IMG/VR virus record: IMGVR_UViG_3300050821_018050
Span: 95,806 to 159,805 of that record
Direction: 5' to 3' (one strand)
Length of the DNA stretch: 64,000 nucleotides
From: a virus
Position numbers and translations under genes: made by a program. Of this stretch, positions 52,522 through 61,736 are shown in pieces. The notes under the pieces are model-generated. The model had not been told where the DNA came from and made no database searches. It was given only the letters and a program-made list of their open reading frames with translations. Numbering within the stretch: position 1 is the stretch's first letter; each line of letters begins with the position of its first letter.

Positions 52522-54257
52522 TTTTTTGTTTTTTTAGATTTATTTGGTTGAAATTTACCTTTGATGATCATATACAATTGTTTTTGTCCACCTTTATAAA
52601 CCGCTCCTGAACATAGTATCCAATTTGCTGGACCTAAGTTGTATCCATGACGAGGTTTGCTCATATGTCCAACTGTAAACGCATCATGGTAAATACTAGG
52701 TACATGGGTATGAGCAGTCATGGCGTTGCCGTAAGCTAACTCGTGGCCCTGTTTGCTTCCCCGCGAGCCGCCTACCCCCAGATGCCCATGGGCATTCATT
52801 TGAACGCCTTCTATAAAGTCATCTTCATTACAGTCAGACCAAATCATGCGTTTTTCTGGATCCAGATATTCTTGTAATGCATTTTTCCCGTCTAATTCCA
52901 TAACAACCATACGATGGCCAATATCGTAATTAGCTGGACAGTCGCCTTGGTAAGCTCCTCGCTCTAAGTATTGGTTCACATGATCTGGATGATTTGATGC
53001 TGTAGCGATCAGTTTAGCGTCTTTTGGGGCCTTATCCCAGATTTCTTTCAAAACCCCTTTAGCATATTCGATTTCAGTTGGAAGATCTCTGAATTGACTT
53101 GGATTCTTAGCCCGAGTTAATCGCTTTTTCTCAGTATGATGAGAAATTGAAGCTCCATCAAAAAAATCTTCAAAATAAATACGTTTAGGCTTAATTATAT
53201 CCCAAAGATCATACATAGCGGCGAGAGCTTCTCGATCTTCATGGCCTGGGTGTAAATCACCCATCTTAAAAGCTTCGGCCCGTTCTTCAGTGATAGAACC
53301 ATCGGCGTGATATCTGGTACCGAGATCAATAAATGATCCATTATTAACATCAAATTGAACCTGGCGAATGTAAAATACCCCACCTTCAATCTGCACGATG
53401 AGTCCGCCTAATTTATGATCTTCTTGTGCGATCATACCGATACGATTCCGAAGATATGAGGGTTTGGTAATTGCCCCTGTCGAATGAATAATTCTTGGAT
53501 GAGAAGCATTGCCGGTTGGCACAACATCAAGCATTTGCTTCGAATGTGCTATGATCAAAGAGGTCTTAAAACGCTTTATTTCACTCCCTTGTTCACCATT
53601 GTTCGTATATTTATGAACCTTTAACCGGCGTAACCCCGTAATCGGGTTTATTTGTTGAGGATTAATATACGCATCAATAGCTTTTAAATGAGAATTGAAT
53701 GTGTATTCTGTTGCGAAACTGTCAATATATTTTTGAAACACTGGATCATAATGTCGTGGTTGAGACTTTAAAGCCTTAATATGCGCTGGCATAGGCAAAA
53801 TAACTAGTTTGGCATTATGACGTTTTAAAAAGTTTTCAGTGGCGTCTAAACCCGGCTGAAAGACATTTTTACCGGTGACATGTTTATTATTTTCAGCATC
53901 AATTAATTGATCTTGGGTCCAATCCAAGGAAGAGGTTGGCGCTGCTGCAGTGATAAAAAACGTACCATCTTGATAATCATTTTTCTTAACGATTGAGCCG
54001 ATACCATCCCTGGTAAAATCGGCCATGGGATGCGGTTCATCTTTAGCAGTGCTTTCTTCCATTAACTTTGCGAAACCCCCATATTTACGAATTTCCCATT
54101 CAGTAATATCTTCACCTACATGAGGCCAAAAATGGTTAGCTTCTAATTTTAAAATTCCGACTTTTTCTTTTTTAGACGCTACTCCTACTACTTTATTGAA
54201 TGATTTTAAAACTTGCTCGTAAGTACGGGGTTTCAGACTAGGCTTGGATTTGCTCAC
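52518..54257 (-). CDS. T5 A1-like calcineurin-like metallophosphoesterase
   Basis: GDLH, D.FDG.SISHH, SNH..H, HGH.G..G.RG, HTH.P motifs. Confidence 0.75.
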   Translation of the reverse strand: MSKSKPSLKPRTYEQVLKSFNKVVGVASKKEKVGILKLEANHFWPHVGEDITEWEIRKYGGFAKLMEESTAKDEPHPMADFTRDGIGSIVKKNDYQDGTFFITAAAPTSSLDWTQDQLIDAENNKHVTGKNVFQPGLDATENFLKRHNAKLVILPMPAHIKALKSQPRHYDPVFQKYIDSFATEYTFNSHLKAIDAYINPQQINPITGLRRLKVHKYTNNGEQGSEIKRFKTSLIIAHSKQMLDVVPTGNASHPRIIHSTGAITKPSYLRNRIGMIAQEDHKLGGLIVQIEGGVFYIRQVQFDVNNGSFIDLGTRYHADGSITEERAEAFKMGDLHPGHEDREALAAMYDLWDIIKPKRIYFEDFFDGASISHHTEKKRLTRAKNPSQFRDLPTEIEYAKGVLKEIWDKAPKDAKLIATASNHPDHVNQYLERGAYQGDCPANYDIGHRMVVMELDGKNALQEYLDPEKRMIWSDCNEDDFIEGVQMNAHGHLGVGGSRGSKQGHELAYGNAMTAHTHVPSIYHDAFTVGHMSKPRHGYNLGPANWILCSGAVYKGGQKQLYMIIKGKFQPNKSKKTKK

Positions 54258-54840
54258 TCAAAGACTCCATTCGTGTGTGTGAATATACTTCAATAATATT
54301 AAGTACCGAATACACACTATCGCCATCATTCTTGTAAGTCACTGAATCTCCAACGGTACGTCCGAGTAAATCTTGCACAAGTTGTTTTCTTGTCATTGCT
54401 GCCGTCAAATCAACAATCAAATAACTTGAAACTAATGCAGATCTTGATGGATCATTTGCGTCAAGATCTGTTCGAGAAACAACTATCAAAGATTCTGGGT
54501 TAATTGGATTTTTATCCGCATAGATAGCTCCAGCTTCTAGTAAAGAATCAACTAGACGTTTTTCATTTTTGTCGTCATTTGCCTGCTTCTGGTTCATAAG
54601 TTCCATGCCAGTAAGGACATTTTTATTTACTAAAACATCGCCCAAAGCGCTAACGGTTTTTGCTAGCGAGGCCAGCGATTCATTTGCATCTCTATTTTGT
54701 TCCGCTAAGGTAATCATGCTGTTGCCCAAATCCGACAAAGATTTCCTTACCATCTCCGTAAGTCCTTGCAATCCATTAATTTGTTCCTTTAATGATTCAA
54801 TTTCTTTTTCATTATTTTCAATGCGTTCATGTGTACTCAT
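54238..54840 (-). CDS. coiled-coil hypothetical protein
   Basis: ORF track; C-terminal LLG..VGD. Confidence 0.7.
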   Translation of the reverse strand: MSTHERIENNEKEIESLKEQINGLQGLTEMVRKSLSDLGNSMITLAEQNRDANESLASLAKTVSALGDVLVNKNVLTGMELMNQKQANDDKNEKRLVDSLLEAGAIYADKNPINPESLIVVSRTDLDANDPSRSALVSSYLIVDLTAAMTRKQLVQDLLGRTVGDSVTYKNDGDSVYSVLNIIEVYSHTRMESLSEQIQA

Positions 54841-54849
54841 TTATTTCTC

Positions 54850-55734
54850 CTAATCTGCGACGTTTTTGTTTTTTACTATAGCTTCAGCTGCAACACCTAA
54901 CATAAATTGATCCATAGTTCCCATGCCAGTGGCACCTTGAGGTTGGCCCATGTGAATATCTCTAGGCATTTTCATCGGCGGTGCGGCTGGATTTACTACC
55001 TGTGAATAGTCTTTACCTGGGAGAATTTTGCTTTCGGATACTCCGGTATTAGTTACTGGTGGTGTACGAGGTTTGCGTGCTGGCTTAGCTGGAGTAGCGT
55101 TTGTGTGGTAAGAAATATCTTCTCCGGGTGAAGGGACCGGTTTCGCAACTTGGTAGCCTTTTGGTTTAGCTGTAGCTACTTTGGGAGCCGCTTTAGTGGT
55201 CGAAATAGGTTTTGGTGCAGGAAGTTTTGTAGCAACCACTTGACGAATTGCAGGAGTTGGAGCCGGTGGGCTCGCAGTGATTGAATTAAATGCAGGGGAA
55301 CGTTCCTGTTGAGTCTCTGGCTTACGAGTTAACCGAGCAGCAATGGCTTTTAATGCATCAATTTCTGTTTCTGAGAATGGCGACTCTACTTGAATAGGAG
55401 CCCTTGACTGCTCATCTGGCTTCATACCAAGAAGGATTTCAAGTCGAGACATTGCAAAGGTTTTAATTTCATTTTCTACCAGAGACATGATTTCTGGGCG
55501 AGCTGAGTTTGGCCCAAATAATTCATGATTTATGATGGTTTGATAAAGATTAGCTTGTTCGATTCTAGCCTGTGCTTCAGACATTAATGATTGAGTAGTT
55601 TCCACAGGAGCATCTTCATCAATAATATCATCAAGATCATCGTCATCATACTGAGGTTGTGGACGATACTGATCTCCATCGTCGTTATTATCCGCATATT
55701 CAATATGAATCGGCTCACGCCATTTGATAGTCAT
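54850..55734 (-). CDS. hypothetical protein, acidic N-terminus, Pro/Ala/Lys-rich tail
   Basis: ORF track; AGGAG RBS. Confidence 0.75.
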   Translation of the reverse strand: MTIKWREPIHIEYADNNDDGDQYRPQPQYDDDDLDDIIDEDAPVETTQSLMSEAQARIEQANLYQTIINHELFGPNSARPEIMSLVENEIKTFAMSRLEILLGMKPDEQSRAPIQVESPFSETEIDALKAIAARLTRKPETQQERSPAFNSITASPPAPTPAIRQVVATKLPAPKPISTTKAAPKVATAKPKGYQVAKPVPSPGEDISYHTNATPAKPARKPRTPPVTNTGVSESKILPGKDYSQVVNPAAPPMKMPRDIHMGQPQGATGMGTMDQFMLGVAAEAIVKNKNVAD

Positions 55735-55762
55735 AGTAACTCCTGCTTATATTGTACCATAA

Positions 55763-56470
55763 TTATGTGCGACCTCTTTTTTTGCCAGGCACATTTTTAA
55801 AACTATAAGGCCCATCGTGGCCTCTTTTTGCAGCCAAAACTTCATCTGAAACTTTAATCATGGGTCTTTGGTCAATGCCAAGTACGCCCGATATATACAT
55901 GAAAATATTCTGGAAAACAGTATATGGGTCTTTTTGCGTTTGATAAGAAATTTCTTTTAAAATTGGATTTGATGTTATTTTAAGATCTTGGTGTGGATGA
56001 TTCCTTTGAACCATTATAATTGGTACTTTATGAAGGTGCAACAGTTCTGAGGCTTTTGAGAAATCTTTGGTCGATAAAAATTTCTTCATGCCTTCTCTGC
56101 TACCAACAGTATGTCGTTCTCTCCAAAAAGAATAGTACCTTCCATTGCACATGTTATTAGCATTTAAGTAATCATTTAATTTGTCAAATTGGTAAAAATA
56201 ATGATCTTTTTTGTTATTATCGTGAATCCTAATGAATGGCACTACTTCACCACAAATTATAAGTAAACACCCATGTACTCCATAACTATCCGTTGATCGT
56301 CCAGTAATTTGCCCATATGGTAATTTTTCACAAATATTATACAATGTATTTTGTTGAATTTTACTAAGCTGTGGTAATTCTTCAATTTTACGCACATATA
56401 CTACGGTTTTATCGATGCCAAGTCCAATGGCAGAATCATAATAATCGTGATATTTACTAGAAATGTACAT
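55763..56470 (-). CDS. hypothetical phage protein
   Basis: ORF track; ATG 7 nt after TTGCAT-17-TACTCT. Confidence 0.75.
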   Translation of the reverse strand: MYISSKYHDYYDSAIGLGIDKTVVYVRKIEELPQLSKIQQNTLYNICEKLPYGQITGRSTDSYGVHGCLLIICGEVVPFIRIHDNNKKDHYFYQFDKLNDYLNANNMCNGRYYSFWRERHTVGSREGMKKFLSTKDFSKASELLHLHKVPIIMVQRNHPHQDLKITSNPILKEISYQTQKDPYTVFQNIFMYISGVLGIDQRPMIKVSDEVLAAKRGHDGPYSFKNVPGKKRGRT

Positions 56471-56513
56471 TAAGATCAGAGTAGCATCTTTTTATTTGAC
56501 ATGCAACTACATT

Positions 56514-58298
56514 TTAAAGTGAACATACTCCATTTGGACAATCTGTAGTTTCGGCGGTATCAACCGCGTATTTTTCCTTAAAACGAGCGATGCCTTCGGC
56601 CAATGGAATTGCCGTTAATGGTGGAGGCTCAACGGTGCCATCTGCATTTACAAAACCACGGGTGCCTTCACGGTAGAAAGTAGTGCCTTTAAGTTTTGGG
56701 AGGTACTCCAACCATAATGCGGCCATTTCTTCTTGCGGATAATCTGCGGCCATATTAATAGTTTTAGAAACTGCATTATCGACCCATTTTTGCACGATAG
56801 ATTGAAGTTCCATATGATCTCTGACCGAGATGTCTTGGCTACCAATAAAATGTGAAACATCTTTACCTTCTTTCATAAATTGTTCAAACAATGGATGAAA
56901 TACAAGTTGAGTTTTACGAACATCTTCATCCCAGTATCTGCGATCATAACAAGGAGCAAACATTGGTTCAATGCCGCTAGAACAATTACCTGACAAAATT
57001 GATACAGTTCCCGTTGGGGCTTGGGTTAATAAACAACAATTTCGAATACCATGTTCTTTAACCAGAGACCGGATCTTATGAGGCATGCGCTTCATAAACC
57101 CAGATTCAACGTGTTTCAAAGGCTGACATGCGGGGAACATGCCTTTTTCGACTGCAAGCATTACCGATGCCTCATATGCGATCTTTGCGATAAATTTATA
57201 AATCTTATCTACGAATTTATTCCCGTCTTCAGCTCCATAACGGAATCCAAGCATGGCAAGTGCATCGGCCAAACCAGTAGTGCCTAATCCTATTCTTCTA
57301 AGTTTATGTGATTTATCGCGCATCTCAGGAATAGGGTAGTTATTGACAGTGAGAACATTATCGAGAAAGCGTACACCAGTTCTAACGGTATCCGCCAATA
57401 AACTCCATTCAATCGTAGACCCACGTACAAACCGAGGAAGAACGAGGTGCCCAAGGCAGCAGCAATCATAAGGTGACAAAGCGATTTCCCCGCAGGGATT
57501 AGTCGTAGCCAAAGCTTCAATGTACCAGATGTTACTTTCATTTTCCACCAATTCCCAATTTAAGAGCCCAGGCTCTGCACAATTATATGCGTTTTTGACA
57601 ATTTTTTCCCACAAAGGCTTCGCCTTGATAGTTTTCTTATATTTGCCTTTCCAAGAAAGTTCCCAATCACCGTCTTCTTTGACAGCTTTCACAAAATCAG
57701 ACATACGCTTACAGCGTACACTTACATTAGCATGAGTAAGCTCGCCTTTTTGTAACTTAGCATCAAGGAATTCTTCAACGTCAGGGTGATCAAGATCTAG
57801 GCTGAACATTAAAGCCACACGACGATCACCGCCAGCCCGGATCGGTTCAGCACAACCATCAATAAGTCGCATTAATTCCACAGAACCTGGGCTTGTGCCT
57901 GCCTTATCACCAATTGATGCTCCGCGTGGGCGGACATCACTGAAGTCAGTACCACACCCCCCACCTGTCATAGATGTAATAATGGTTTCTTTTGCAATAT
58001 TCCCCCAACCTTCCTTGGAGTCAAGTTCGTTATTAAGAACAAAACAGTTAAGAAGTTGGGGATTATTACGTCCTGAATTATACCAAATGCGTCCACCGGG
58101 GACAAATAAATTATCTACAATAATGGAATTAAAGGCTGATTCGTAATGTCTTTGCTTATCCGTATGCTCAGCTAAAGACATTTGTTTGGCGATCCTTGCC
58201 GCAGCTTGTTCCCACGTTTCATCTGGGGTTAATGCGTAACGATCTTTAAAAATAGTAGCTGAATATCCTTCGGGTCTGAATGTCATTTTGCTCCTCAA
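56514..58298 (-). CDS. nrdJ: class II (adenosylcobalamin-dependent) ribonucleotide reductase
   Basis: F.PGGR, NCF, GGG.G.DFS, TNPCGE, R.IGLG, APTG..S, C-terminal CxxGxC; no beta subunit adjacent. Confidence 0.88.
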   Translation of the reverse strand: MRSKMTFRPEGYSATIFKDRYALTPDETWEQAAARIAKQMSLAEHTDKQRHYESAFNSIIVDNLFVPGGRIWYNSGRNNPQLLNCFVLNNELDSKEGWGNIAKETIITSMTGGGCGTDFSDVRPRGASIGDKAGTSPGSVELMRLIDGCAEPIRAGGDRRVALMFSLDLDHPDVEEFLDAKLQKGELTHANVSVRCKRMSDFVKAVKEDGDWELSWKGKYKKTIKAKPLWEKIVKNAYNCAEPGLLNWELVENESNIWYIEALATTNPCGEIALSPYDCCCLGHLVLPRFVRGSTIEWSLLADTVRTGVRFLDNVLTVNNYPIPEMRDKSHKLRRIGLGTTGLADALAMLGFRYGAEDGNKFVDKIYKFIAKIAYEASVMLAVEKGMFPACQPLKHVESGFMKRMPHKIRSLVKEHGIRNCCLLTQAPTGTVSILSGNCSSGIEPMFAPCYDRRYWDEDVRKTQLVFHPLFEQFMKEGKDVSHFIGSQDISVRDHMELQSIVQKWVDNAVSKTINMAADYPQEEMAALWLEYLPKLKGTTFYREGTRGFVNADGTVEPPPLTAIPLAEGIARFKEKYAVDTAETTDCPNGVCSL

Positions 58299-58336
58299 AA
58301 GTTGCTTGTTATGACATTATAATACCACAGAATTTA

Positions 58337-58924
58337 TTAAAAAATTGTAGAAAGATCTTTCATTTTTGGCTGAGATGTTTGGCTATGAGAAAAACCATAA
58401 GTACATAACGCTAATGCATCTGCAACGTCATTTTGTTGGAGCTGTAAGTCGACACCGAATTTTAATTTTACCCAGGCAACGGAAAGATGTTTCCATGTAA
58501 TCTTTCCACGTGCTTTTTTTTGCTTAACGAGCTTATTGTGCGCTCTTTGTTCCTTACTTAAACCAATCCCTAGCTTTTTTCGCCAAGCCGATGTATCCAC
58601 ATATTTTACTCTTGTAGATAGGCCAAGCTCGCGCAGCATCGTTAGCATGGCGAAATGAACGAACTCAAGTTGTTTTTGAGATACTCGATTTTTACCCTTA
58701 TTGGTTTGTTCAATATAAATCCAATCAGGTAACTGTCCAAGCTTTAAAATAATATCTTTGATTTGAGCGGCCATATTTATGGCACGATCAATTTGGGCAT
58801 AATCTGGCACTAGAGAATATTGATTGGCGTCTGAAACAATAATGGTGTCATAACTTAATATGACACCATCTTGCATCAGCGCATAACCTGTAGAAGTTGA
58901 TAAATCTAGTCCAAGTATGATCAT
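58337..58924 (-). CDS. RuvC-like Holliday junction resolvase
   Basis: ILGLDLS..TGYA, IYIEQ, W.K, DVADAL. Confidence 0.85.
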   Translation of the reverse strand: MIILGLDLSTSTGYALMQDGVILSYDTIIVSDANQYSLVPDYAQIDRAINMAAQIKDIILKLGQLPDWIYIEQTNKGKNRVSQKQLEFVHFAMLTMLRELGLSTRVKYVDTSAWRKKLGIGLSKEQRAHNKLVKQKKARGKITWKHLSVAWVKLKFGVDLQLQQNDVADALALCTYGFSHSQTSQPKMKDLSTIF

Positions 58925-58930
58925 AAAATT

Positions 58931-59049
58931 AAAAAAGACGGATGGGTGTTAATCTGCTTTCGCACCCCACAAGGATTTCCTTCGCCATTAACCCAGCATT
59001 TCATCCTTACTTTTAACCAGCCCGTCTTTATAGTCCGTTACGACGGAAA
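58931..59049 (-). ncRNA. candidate structured RNA / attenuator
   Basis: AAAGACGGG/UCCGUCUUU closing stem + U6, inner GGGUUAAU/AUUAACACCC helix, AAGG-AAAU-CCUU and UGC-GAAA-GCA hairpins. Confidence 0.55.
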
Positions 59050-59050
59050 T

Positions 59051-59347
59051 TCAAGCGATATTGCCGCGTTCTTTGAGCGTTTCAATAATTAAAGAATTCT
59101 TTAATGATACCGCTTTAAGTGGTTTTGAATAAGTTTCATTAGCTGTTTTTAACTCTTCGCGTTTAGAGGCCAGATCGGTATCTTTTTCTTTGGCTGCTTC
59201 TAGCTCAGAACGATAACTTGCCATAGCCACTAGTTTTTCTTTCAGTTGCTCATTTGATAGAGCGTAAACTTCTCCAGCAAAAGTTGGATCAACCGCGTTT
59301 ACTTTATCCCAAAGACTTGCCGGACCTTTTTTAGACTTCTTAGCCAT
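59051..59347 (-). CDS. helical hypothetical protein
   Basis: ORF track. Confidence 0.75.
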   Translation of the reverse strand: MAKKSKKGPASLWDKVNAVDPTFAGEVYALSNEQLKEKLVAMASYRSELEAAKEKDTDLASKREELKTANETYSKPLKAVSLKNSLIIETLKERGNIA

Positions 59348-59595
59348 TATTTTTTACCCTTTACAATTGTTGTGAATTTTCCTAAAGCTGATTTTGCTAA
59401 TTTGCCGCTAACGGTAATGTCGCCAAGCATTTCTAATTGAACTTTTGCAATACCGCGAGCCGATACTTCAAAAGTAGCCTTTGTTACGCCTTTAAGTTTT
59501 TTACCATCAACCAAAACTTCTGTTGAAGCTCCGGTCATCACATTGCGTGCATATTTTTTCTGACGAATTTCAATTTTTACAATTTTTCTTGACAT
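59347..59595 (-). CDS. small basic protein
   Basis: ORF track; AGGAG RBS; TTGCAT-16-TATAGT promoter at 59616-59643. Confidence 0.75.
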   Translation of the reverse strand: MSRKIVKIEIRQKKYARNVMTGASTEVLVDGKKLKGVTKATFEVSARGIAKVQLEMLGDITVSGKLAKSALGKFTTIVKGKK

Positions 59596-59650
59596 TTTTA
59601 TTTCTCCTACTACCGACTATATCACATTTAAATTTTAATGCAACCACGTT

Positions 59651-60082
59651 TTAGCAGGTGAACCTTGGGACATTTGTCCAAAGAGTGTCCACTTCCGATA
59701 CGGAATCGCCAAAAAATGCGCAAGCCATCATTCTCATTTCTTTACCGGAATTATTTTCAGTAAGAGTTTTCATAAATCTAACAATATCGTCCATCTTCAT
59801 TGAAGAGGTTTGCATAAAATGCGGTGGAATTTTATTTTTATTGGAAATATATGAAGAATAATACTCGCATTCTTCTTTATCTAAGAACGCCCTGTAGGTA
59901 AAAGTGCTTCCGTCCATTTCGTAACACATAGCAGATTTACCATTATTCCTGATAAATACCAGATGAATATCTTCATTTGCCTGAAGGGAATCAAAATAGT
60001 GTTCTAGGAATTCTCGCGTGGGTCTAAGCTTAATTAGATCTTTACGCGACCCAGGATTGTTTTCCATCATGTAGTACCTCAA
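59651..60082 (-). CDS. hypothetical protein
   Basis: ORF track. Confidence 0.65.
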   Translation of the reverse strand: MRYYMMENNPGSRKDLIKLRPTREFLEHYFDSLQANEDIHLVFIRNNGKSAMCYEMDGSTFTYRAFLDKEECEYYSSYISNKNKIPPHFMQTSSMKMDDIVRFMKTLTENNSGKEMRMMACAFFGDSVSEVDTLWTNVPRFTC

Positions 60083-61736
60083 TTACGCTTTCAAAGCTCT
60101 CTTTGATCTCAGTTGAATGATCGATTACTATTATAGTACCATTGATTTTAGGTTTAAGGGCCTCAATCGCTGCCTTTTTGAGCGCTACGTCAAATCCATC
60201 CATTGCTTCGTCCAAAATTATCCACCCTAAAGGGGATCCTGTACGGCGTTTTACTACTTCAGAGATTGCTATGTCTACACATAATTCAATTGCACATTGT
60301 TGGCCGCCGCTTAATATTTTGTACTCTCGCACATCATTACCGCTAGTAATGTTTAGGGAGATATTTTTCTTTACGTTACCGTTTTTTGCTGTCGATATAG
60401 TATCAAACCGAAGGTATAAATTTGCGACATTATCTAAAACGCCCATAAGATCGTTAGCTTTAACTTCAATTTCTCTTAATATTTCGGCAAATATTACCGA
60501 AGGAAAACCAGATTTACCAAATACAAATTGAGCGTGCTTGGCTTTCGTAAATACTTCTTCAGATGTATTTACCGTAGTTTCCAGCTCATGTATTTTGTTT
60601 TTGTAAGTAAAATACGACTCTTTCTGAAAATTTAATGCTTTATATGCAGCAACATTGGCATTTAATAAACCTTCTTTTTCAGAAATTTTAGTGCTAAGCC
60701 CATTTAAAGTGTTTTGAGATGAATTTAGCGATTGCTGTAATGTAGTTTCTTGGATGGAAATCTCATGCAATGCAGGAACTTGACCTTGCAATTCGGTTTT
60801 CCTTGCTAATAACTGATTACCGTATTTTTTTTTAGCTTCTAACGCGCTAGCATTGTTTTCCCATGGCTGATGACATGTAAAACAAGCATTTTTAGACATG
60901 TGATCTATCTCTTGAACCAATGCAGATAAATTATTGTTAATATTTAGTATTTCGTTACTAATCTGATTAATTTTCACTGAAGCAGAGCGAGCATGTTGAA
61001 TCTGCGTTCTAAGTGTTGCAATTTCATCTATTAAAGTTTGGGGCGCTTTACTGGCAGTAACAGCTTCTTTGTAATCCTTTTCTGCTGCTAATGATTTATT
61101 CAATGCTTCGCTAATGGCCAGATCATCGTAACTTATAGTATTAAAAAAGCTTTGTGCAGCATTCAAATTAGATTTAGCGCTATTAAATGCTTTTTCGGCA
61201 TTAGAGTAATCTGTATCGGCTTGCAGTGAGGCCCTCTCAAAAGCTTCTAATTCTGGAATTATTTTTGCCAGAAAATCTTTTTTGTCCCCATCTGATTTAC
61301 GAACAAAACGATCATCTAAACTTCTCTGAGACATCTGCGTCAACACTTCTACCACATCTGGAGATGCTTTTAGGAGGTCTTTCACTTCTTTTTCGATGGC
61401 CGAACTCAAGCCTTCGACTGCCACACCATTTTTAGTTAATCCCAATTTGGGTGATTTGATGATTTCGTAGATATTTAATCCATCGCTCAAACTTAATTTT
61501 GCATAAATCTTTTTAGACTCATAATTTTTAAGCCCAGTAGCCGGAATTTTGCAGAAATCTAAAATATATGCAAAACCTTGTACTACTGCTGATTTGCCGG
61601 TACCAGATGTAACTGGAGAATTTATACGCTTTCCTGTAATTAAAGTCGAAGCGCCATCAAATTTAAAAACTTGACGCTCTTTAAATGGTTGAAATCCTTC
61701 TAATTCAAGGCTTATTGGACGTAATAATTTTTGCAT
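60042..61736 (-). CDS. Rad50/SbcC/gp46-like recombination ATPase
   Basis: G.GKS Walker A, coiled coil with CFTC Zn hook, LSGGQ signature, ILDE, IDH. Confidence 0.9.
   Translation of the reverse strand: MQKLLRPISLELEGFQPFKERQVFKFDGASTLITGKRINSPVTSGTGKSAVVQGFAYILDFCKIPATGLKNYESKKIYAKLSLSDGLNIYEIIKSPKLGLTKNGVAVEGLSSAIEKEVKDLLKASPDVVEVLTQMSQRSLDDRFVRKSDGDKKDFLAKIIPELEAFERASLQADTDYSNAEKAFNSAKSNLNAAQSFFNTISYDDLAISEALNKSLAAEKDYKEAVTASKAPQTLIDEIATLRTQIQHARSASVKINQISNEILNINNNLSALVQEIDHMSKNACFTCHQPWENNASALEAKKKYGNQLLARKTELQGQVPALHEISIQETTLQQSLNSSQNTLNGLSTKISEKEGLLNANVAAYKALNFQKESYFTYKNKIHELETTVNTSEEVFTKAKHAQFVFGKSGFPSVIFAEILREIEVKANDLMGVLDNVANLYLRFDTISTAKNGNVKKNISLNITSGNDVREYKILSGGQQCAIELCVDIAISEVVKRRTGSPLGWIILDEAMDGFDVALKKAAIEALKPKINGTIIVIDHSTEIKESFESVIEVLHDGKQSWVA

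Noticed and set aside
47549-58298. Inteins or introns in DnaE and NrdJ
   Set aside because: Lengths are ordinary, catalytic motifs are contiguous, and no splice-junction motifs are seen.
58931-59049. Cobalamin riboswitch controlling nrdJ
   Set aside because: B12-box and AGGGAA core not recognisable; a ruvC-like gene and a separate extended -10 (about 58319-58327) lie between it and nrdJ.
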